Assembly (NCBI RefSeq): GCF_029504745.1
Contig: NZ_JAQFIQ010000009.1
Location: 31,696 to 63,695 of the forward strand
DNA length: 32,000 nt
DNA from: Breznakia sp. PF5-3
GTDB lineage: Bacteria; Bacillota_I; Bacilli_A; Erysipelotrichales; Erysipelotrichaceae
Direction of reading: 5' to 3'
Shown here: positions 26,276 through 32,000 of the stretch, one piece after another
Layout: each line of letters starts with the position of its first letter
How positions within the stretch are numbered: position 1 is the first letter of the stretch
Made by a program: the position numbers and the translations under genes
Notes under the pieces: generated by a model
Seen by the model: the letters and a program-made list of their open reading frames with translations, nothing else
Told to the model about the DNA's origin: nothing
The model's database searches: none

Positions 26276-26935
26276 ATGAAACTGAGTAAACGACTACAAG
26301 CAATTTATGATTTGGTAGATGAAAAGGCAATCGTTGGGGACATTGGTTGCGATCATGCATTGTTATCTTGCGCATTAGTCTTGAATGAAAAAGCGAGTAA
26401 AGTATATGCTTGTGATATTAACGAAGAACCATTACAACAAGCAAGAAAATCAATACAATATTATAAACTAGAAGATCAAATAGAAATAATACAATGTGAT
26501 GGATTGGATATGCTTCCTTCAGATGTGGACACAATCGTGATTGCTGGAATGGGTTATGAAACAATAAAAAGCATTTTAGATAAGCATCCTGAGAAATTAA
26601 AAGGATGTAACAAGATTATCATTCAATCAAATCGTGATGTAGAAAAAATAAGAAAATATGTTAGCGATCATCATTATCATATACAGAGTGAACAATGTGT
26701 TTTTGATCTTCATTATTATCAGATTATTGTTTTTGATTGTTCTAATGATAGTGAATTGAATAAAAAAGAGCTTTTGTTTGGTCGAAGAATGATAAAAGAT
26801 AATGTTTTTCTTCAGATGTGGTTTTCTAACTTAAAAAAATATGAATCAATCTTAGGAAAACTATCAGAAAAGAATGAAAAATATCAAATAATATATGACA
26901 TAATTAATCAAATTAAAGAGGAAATAGAAGTTTAG
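26276..26935 (+). CDS. trmK: tRNA (adenine22-N1)-methyltransferase TrmK
   Basis: LSKRLQAIYDLV...VGDIGCDHALLSCAL...VIAGMGYETI. Position directly after sigA as in Bacillus (yqfN). Confidence 0.85.
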   Translation: MKLSKRLQAIYDLVDEKAIVGDIGCDHALLSCALVLNEKASKVYACDINEEPLQQARKSIQYYKLEDQIEIIQCDGLDMLPSDVDTIVIAGMGYETIKSILDKHPEKLKGCNKIIIQSNRDVEKIRKYVSDHHYHIQSEQCVFDLHYYQIIVFDCSNDSELNKKELLFGRRMIKDNVFLQMWFSNLKKYESILGKLSEKNEKYQIIYDIINQIKEEIEV

Positions 26936-26957
26936 TGCTTTCTATTTTTTCTTTTTT
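26921..26957 (+). terminator. Rho-independent terminator after trmK
   Basis: AAATAGAAG (26922-26930) pairs with CTTTCTATTT (26938-26947) with one bulge, followed by a long T-run. The stop codon lies in the loop. Confidence 0.6.
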
Positions 26958-26995
26958 GGAGTAAAATTATAAACGAACAAGAAAGAAGGAAATGA

Positions 26996-27964
26996 ATGGG
27001 TAATGATAAATATATTATATCTTTAGAAGATATTTCTTATGAAGAATTGGGAAAATTATTTGGACCAAATGAAAAATACTTAGATGTTATTCGTGAACAC
27101 TATAAAGTAGATATTACATTTCGTGATTCTATGTTAACGGTATTAAGTGATGATAGTATAAAGAGTAAAAGAATAGAAGCAGTGGTGAAATACATGCTTG
27201 AAGCCGAAAGGACAGGTATTAACGTTCAAGAACGGGAAGTTATGTATGCATGCACCCTAGCGGATAAAAACTGCTTAGATCGCCTTGCGAGGCTTCATAA
27301 GGAAGTCATTAATAAGACTTCAAGTGGTAAATTCATTTACCCTAAAACATTGGGACAGTCGTATTTGTATAAATGTATGCGAGAAAAAGATATTGTGTTT
27401 GCTAGCGGAGTGGCTGGAACAGGAAAAACTTACTTGGCTGTTATGTATGCAATATCATTATTGAAAAAGAATGAGGTTGAAAAAATCATTCTTACAAGAC
27501 CTGCTGTAGAGGCTGGTGAAAATTTAGGTTTTTTACCAGGAGACTTAAAAGAAAAAGTGGATCCATATCTTACACCTTTATATGATGCTTTACATGACGC
27601 ATTAGGTGTTGAAACGGTTGAAAAATTATTAGAAAAAGAAGTGATAGAAATCGCACCACTAGCATATATGAGAGGACGCACACTGAATAATGCTTTTATC
27701 ATATTGGATGAAGCGCAAAACTCTACACGTTCACAAATGAAAATGTTTTTAACTCGCATGGGGTTTCATTCAAAGGTTGTTGTAACAGGAGATATTACAC
27801 AAATTGATTTAATTAAGAAAAAAGATTCAGGTCTTTTAAGTGCTAAACAAATTTTGCATTCTATTGAGGATATTGCATTTGTAGAATTGACAAGTGCAGA
27901 TGTGGTACGAAATCCACTTGTTCAAAAAATAATTGATTGTTATGAAAATTTCGAGAGTGAATAG
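26996..27964 (+). CDS. phoH: PhoH-family ATPase (YbeZ-like)
   Basis: Walker A GVAGTGKTYLA, Walker B FIILDEAQN, VVTGDITQIDL. Confidence 0.92.
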   Translation: MGNDKYIISLEDISYEELGKLFGPNEKYLDVIREHYKVDITFRDSMLTVLSDDSIKSKRIEAVVKYMLEAERTGINVQEREVMYACTLADKNCLDRLARLHKEVINKTSSGKFIYPKTLGQSYLYKCMREKDIVFASGVAGTGKTYLAVMYAISLLKKNEVEKIILTRPAVEAGENLGFLPGDLKEKVDPYLTPLYDALHDALGVETVEKLLEKEVIEIAPLAYMRGRTLNNAFIILDEAQNSTRSQMKMFLTRMGFHSKVVVTGDITQIDLIKKKDSGLLSAKQILHSIEDIAFVELTSADVVRNPLVQKIIDCYENFESE

Positions 27965-28017
27965 GATTAAATTTAAGGAATAATTAAAAATAAGTATAAT
28001 ATGAGATTGGTGATAAT

Positions 28018-28485
28018 TTGAAAACATTACTTCTCATTGTTGTACTTATTTTTATATTTTTTAATCAAAATTCTTATGTTGATATAAAAGACTATCGTAG
28101 TCAATACATACATGTGGAAATAAAAGGTGAAGTAAAGAATCCAGGTGTATATAAAATGAAGTATAACGCCAAAATTGAAGATGTTCTAAATAAGAGTGGT
28201 GGTTTTACTGCAAGTGCAGATAGTACAGGTATCAATCAAACGAAAACACTTAAAAATGAAGATGTGATAGTAATTGGTAAGAAAACAGATATAGAAAAAG
28301 TTTCTATAAACAGTGGAACATTAGAGACGCTTTCCACACTTCCAGGAATTGGACAAGCAACGGCACAAAAAATAATTGATTATCGAGAATCATATGGAAG
28401 TTTCCAAACTCTGGAAGATATTCAAAAAGTAAAAGGCATTAAAGAAAAATTATTTGAAAAGATAAAGGATCATATAACTTTATAA
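28018..28485 (+). CDS. comEA: Competence DNA receptor ComEA
   Basis: TTG start and an N-terminal TM helix. SLBB-like segment and a C-terminal helix-hairpin-helix LSTLPGIGQATAQKIIDYRESYGSFQTLEDIQKVKGI. Confidence 0.88.
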   Translation: MKTLLLIVVLIFIFFNQNSYVDIKDYRSQYIHVEIKGEVKNPGVYKMKYNAKIEDVLNKSGGFTASADSTGINQTKTLKNEDVIVIGKKTDIEKVSINSGTLETLSTLPGIGQATAQKIIDYRESYGSFQTLEDIQKVKGIKEKLFEKIKDHITL

Positions 28486-30422
28486 TGAAGCAATACTATT
28501 TGTTGGTGTCATTTGTATGTGTCATACTTTCAATGTCCTCTAATTTTTATATAAATTGCTTATATATATTTCTGTTTCTGATTTTTTGGATTATCAAAAT
28601 AAGAGTACAATGGTATTTTGTAATGCTGTTACTGATTGTATATAATTTTAATTTTTTAAAAAAAGAAATCAAACAACCAAAAGAATACATATTAAGAGTG
28701 CTTGAAGTTCGAGAAAATTATGTAATAGCTACAACAGGAGAAGAAAATATATATGTTTACAATATTGGGAATATTTCGATAAATGATATTGTAGAAGTAA
28801 AGGGCAATTATGAGCGGATTAGTAGTTTTAAAAACTTACATACCTTTGATTTTTCTCTGTATGCTTATCGTAATCAGGCAAATTTTCAAATATATACTTC
28901 AGATTTTGAGATAAAGGCAAAAAGTAAAAGTATGCAAGCAACTTTATATAACCATATTCAAAATCTAGAAAATGAAGCTTTAAAAGAATATTATGACGCG
29001 ATTTTTTATAATAAAAAATCACAAGATGATGGAAATGACTTTTTTTATCTTGGAGGATTTCATTTACAATTTTTTATTTATTTGCTTTCCAAAGTGAAAA
29101 AACTAAATAAAGCATTGCTTGAAATTATTTTTAGTTTTCTATATGTTTTGTTTTTTCCAATGCGGTTTTTCGTCTTGTATTTTTTTATAAAGGGATGTAT
29201 TTCATTTTTGTGTAAACATTTGAATGATAAAAATCAAGTTGGAGCAATCACAATGCTTTTGCTATTTTATAATCCTATGCTTATTTATCATATAGGATTT
29301 ATCATTTTAATGTGTTTTTCTTATCTTCGTTTATTTAATGTTACAAAAAGAATGCGTAGATTACTGCACTTTTTTATTTTACTTCCGATTCAACTATACA
29401 ACTTCCACTATGTAAATCTACTTACAATTCTTTTGTTTCGACCATTTCAATGGATACAATCATGGATTTTGATGTTATCCATGATAAGTTTATTCTTTCC
29501 ATCATTGGGCATTATTTTTGATTTTCTATATCATCAGGTAGGGGGAATTGGTAGTGAAATCCCTGAAACTTTCACATTGATAGGAAAACCTCATTTGTGG
29601 TGGATACTATTATGGGGTATTTTAATTTATCAAATTATATCTACTAACAAGCGAACACCGATTCTGTTTCTAGGCATTTTATTAATTTACCATCTACATA
29701 TGGATCGTCTTAATTTATTTGGTGAAGTGATGTTTATAGATGTTGGACAAGGAGATTGTATTTTGATTCATGAACCATTATTTGGAAAAACTATTTTGAT
29801 TGATGTAGCAGGATCTTTAAAATATGATCTTGCAAGCGAGGTTATTTTTCCTGTTTTAAGATCAAAAGGAATTCGTCATATAGATGCGGTTGTCATTACA
29901 CATGATGATTATGATCATAATGGGGGATTAAAAAAACTTTCTCAATTGGTGGATATAGATGAAACTTTTAATAGTGTAGAGGAATTAGAGTTATCGAATA
30001 TTACATTATTCAATTTAAACCATAGTGAATATGATGATAAGAATGATAATAGTATTGTATTATTTGGCTCAATCTATGGAGTAAACTATTTGTTTACTGG
30101 TGATGCTGGATATCAAGTTGAAGAAGAAATTGTGAATATGTATAGTGAATTGAAAGTTGATATTTTAAAAGTTTCTCATCATGGGGCTGATACAGCAACT
30201 TCAGCATCTTTTCTTCAAAAAATAAATCCACAAATAGGTATTATTTCAAGTGGTAAAAACAACGCATATGGACATCCTGATAAAGCTTTGTTAGAACGAT
30301 TGGAAATGAAAAAAGTAACAATTTTTAATACACAAGAGGTTGGAAGCATTAGTTTTTTCTATTCTCGATATTTTCATCTCATGCGTACAGGAGATAAAAA
30401 GTTTGGAATAATAAAAAGATGA
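28485..30422 (+). CDS. comEC: DNA internalisation channel ComEC/Rec2
   Basis: TAATG overlap with comEA. Polytopic membrane region followed by a metallo-beta-lactamase domain: DVGQGDCILI, VITHDDYDHNGG, FTGDAG, KVSHHGADTA. Confidence 0.88.
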   Translation: MKQYYLLVSFVCVILSMSSNFYINCLYIFLFLIFWIIKIRVQWYFVMLLLIVYNFNFLKKEIKQPKEYILRVLEVRENYVIATTGEENIYVYNIGNISINDIVEVKGNYERISSFKNLHTFDFSLYAYRNQANFQIYTSDFEIKAKSKSMQATLYNHIQNLENEALKEYYDAIFYNKKSQDDGNDFFYLGGFHLQFFIYLLSKVKKLNKALLEIIFSFLYVLFFPMRFFVLYFFIKGCISFLCKHLNDKNQVGAITMLLLFYNPMLIYHIGFIILMCFSYLRLFNVTKRMRRLLHFFILLPIQLYNFHYVNLLTILLFRPFQWIQSWILMLSMISLFFPSLGIIFDFLYHQVGGIGSEIPETFTLIGKPHLWWILLWGILIYQIISTNKRTPILFLGILLIYHLHMDRLNLFGEVMFIDVGQGDCILIHEPLFGKTILIDVAGSLKYDLASEVIFPVLRSKGIRHIDAVVITHDDYDHNGGLKKLSQLVDIDETFNSVEELELSNITLFNLNHSEYDDKNDNSIVLFGSIYGVNYLFTGDAGYQVEEEIVNMYSELKVDILKVSHHGADTATSASFLQKINPQIGIISSGKNNAYGHPDKALLERLEMKKVTIFNTQEVGSISFFYSRYFHLMRTGDKKFGIIKR

Positions 30423-30468
30423 AAATAAATGAAGTCAATTCATTTCTATCAATTTGTTTTATTTGGTA

Positions 30469-30497
30469 AGGACAGTTGACGTAGAATTTGGTATAAT
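30469..30497 (+). promoter_or_regulatory. Candidate promoter of holA
   Basis: AGGACA (30469-30474), 17-nt spacer, extended -10 TGGTATAAT (30489-30497). Confidence 0.5.
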
Positions 30498-30512
30498 GAA
30501 AACGGTGAAAAT

Positions 30513-31451
30513 ATGAATTTTTTATTAACAGGAGAAGAGCATTATTTATTACAGAAAAAAATGATGCAAATAATAAAAGAAGCAAATGTTGATGATATGA
30601 ATATCATCACATATGATGCAACTAAGGACGATATTACCGATATTGTGAACGATTGTAATACGATGCCTTTTTTTAGTGAGCACAAAGTTGTGATAGTGCG
30701 AAATTGTAAATTTCTTAGTTCAACACCACTAGCAATTAATGAAGAAGTCTTACTGAATTATTTAAATGAACCTTTTGAACCAACAATTTTAATATTAATT
30801 TACGAAGGAAAGATGGATGCTAGAAAAAAAATAGTAAAAGAAATAAAAAAGCGATGTACGCCTTTTGTATTTCAACCATTAGATGAATTTGAACGTAATA
30901 ATTTAATTCAACAAGAATTACAAAAACGAAATGTTAATATGGACAGAGCAGGTTATAATCTTTTTCTTGAACGTTGTGGATTTGATATTGCACAAATTCA
31001 AAAGGAATTGGATAAATTTGAAGTATATGGGGATTTGATTACCTATGATGTAGTGAAAGAATTAATTCCTAAGCCAATTGATGACAATGTTTTTTTGTTA
31101 TCTCAGGCGATGTTTGATCATAATGTTAAAAAATGTTTTTCTTATGTCGAAGATTTAAAGAAAGCAAATGTTGAGGTTATCGCATTAATTGGAATGTTAG
31201 CAAGTCAATTTCGTTTTTTATCGGAAGTGAAAGTATTATCGAATATGAATAAAGGAAAACGTGAAATTGCTAGCGAGTTAGGGGCGCACCCCTATCGAGT
31301 TGAAAAAACACTTGAACAAGCATATCGAAGTGATCTTAAGCAAATCCGTTTTATTTTGAATGAATTAGCAAATTTAGATCAGAAGATAAAATTAGGATTA
31401 GTAGATAAGCAATTAGGGTTTGAAACTTTTTTAGTTAAATATTGTATTTAA
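30513..31451 (+). CDS. holA: DNA polymerase III delta subunit
   Basis: 312 aa. N-terminus LLTGEEHYLLQKKM, length and position after comEC all match Firmicute holA. Confidence 0.85.
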   Translation: MNFLLTGEEHYLLQKKMMQIIKEANVDDMNIITYDATKDDITDIVNDCNTMPFFSEHKVVIVRNCKFLSSTPLAINEEVLLNYLNEPFEPTILILIYEGKMDARKKIVKEIKKRCTPFVFQPLDEFERNNLIQQELQKRNVNMDRAGYNLFLERCGFDIAQIQKELDKFEVYGDLITYDVVKELIPKPIDDNVFLLSQAMFDHNVKKCFSYVEDLKKANVEVIALIGMLASQFRFLSEVKVLSNMNKGKREIASELGAHPYRVEKTLEQAYRSDLKQIRFILNELANLDQKIKLGLVDKQLGFETFLVKYCI

Positions 31452-31491
31452 AGTATTCTGCATAATAGCTAAACACTACAGGAAATCAACT

Positions 31492-31908
31492 ATGAAGAAA
31501 AATATTGATAAAGTATTTGAAACTCTTGCAGCTAATGAAAAAAACGGGAAAGGCGTGAGCACGCAGGATTTGGCGGAGAGCCTTGTTATGGATTGAACTT
31601 TGGTTTCGAAATTATTAAATCAACTGGTTGATAGTGGAAAGATAGTAAAAAGTGATACTCGACCAGTTTTATATTCACTATGGAAAAAGGTGGATGATAA
31701 TGAGAAGAATGCTTGTAAGAAAACAGTTTTTGATTCTGTCATTGGTGCAGATGGTTCTTTACATGCTGGGATTGAACAATGTAAGTCAGCGGTTACTTAT
31801 CCTGGTGGATTAACTATCCTAATTACAGGCCATAGAGGAGTAGGGATTTGCTATAGTGAATACGAATATAAAGTTATAAAAAAATTAGTTAATAAAAATC
31901 AAGTTTAA
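31492..31908 (+). pseudogene. Decayed N-terminal fragment of a LevR/CelR-type sigma-54-dependent transcriptional activator
   Basis: ATG 31492 and the track ORF 31600-31908 share one frame, interrupted only by TGA 31594-31596. The joined product has an HTH (...VSTQDLAESLVMD*TLVSKLLNQLVDSGKIVKSDTRPVLY) and the start of an AAA+ domain (FDSVIGADGSL...YPGGLTILITGHRGVG). The Walker-A lysine is lost (GVGICY) and the frame stops 20 codons later. Confidence 0.6.
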
Positions 31909-32000
31909 TATTAAAAAATCATTCTATGATATTTCATTCACACTAAAAATTCTGAACTATGTCAGTTTTTTTAGAAAAGTGTTATAATACACTTGGTTAT

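Noticed and set aside
30476-30481. TTGACG as the -35 box of the holA promoter
   Set aside because: It lies only 10 nt from the TATAAT at 30492-30497. AGGACA at 30469-30474 gives the proper 17-nt spacing with an extended -10.
31594-31596. In-frame TGA as a possible sense codon (Trp, code 4/25) or selenocysteine
   Set aside because: TGA ends ylxM (3466-3468), dgkA (20002-20004), era (21022-21024), dnaG (25053-25055) and comEC (30420-30422) at lengths normal for their families, and Trp is encoded by TGG throughout. No SECIS-like hairpin follows. The downstream frame is itself degenerate, so pseudogenisation explains it.
1-32000. A search of the whole window for CRISPR repeats, tRNA/rRNA, IS elements or inverted terminal repeats, integrases, restriction-modification or other defence genes, and long direct repeats
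   Set aside because: None were seen. Every ORF of 100 aa or more not dismissed above has a housekeeping or recognisable family assignment. The intergenic spaces are short and are explained by promoters, terminators or the leaders described.

Overview
This is an AT-rich chromosomal segment (roughly one-third G+C by eye, not computed) from a low-GC Gram-positive bacterium (Bacillota). It looks like a non-sporulating lineage, since no spo0B lies between rpmA and obg, but the taxon cannot be fixed from sequence alone. The window is dominated by conserved housekeeping genes in tight, often overlapping operons. These are smc(3' part)-ftsY-ylxM-ackA-nrnA; dnaE; rplU-prp-rpmA; obg; ybeY-dgkA-era-recO; glyQS-dnaG-sigA-trmK; phoH; comEA-comEC; and holA. 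I call 29 protein genes with confidence, 27 on the + strand and 2 on the - strand (a Nim/PNPOx-family flavoprotein and a GNAT acetyltransferase). I saw no rRNA or tRNA genes, CRISPR arrays, transposases, integrases, phage genes or recognisable defence or toxin-antitoxin modules. There are two small accessory islands. (i) 5.6-10.3 kb holds an orphan promoter/palindrome/terminator module, a large secreted metallophosphoesterase with a sortase-B-like NPSTG sorting signal, a YibE/F membrane protein and the Nim-like gene. (ii) 13.4-16.2 kb holds a MarR regulator, an internally duplicated DUF1538-type membrane protein, and a translationally coupled single-chain double P-II-like protein with a Met-rich linker. 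Island (ii) is my best candidate for an uncharacterised system (a signal-gated transporter), but that is inference from architecture, not demonstrated novelty. Smaller oddities: ylxM is coupled to ackA instead of ffh. ybeY appears leaderless and is unlinked from phoH. A 45-codon overlapping sORF sits where Bacillus has cdd. glyQS lacks a T-box leader. A decayed sigma-54-activator pseudogene lies at the 3' end. All coordinates were checked against the supplied ORF track. No database search was possible.
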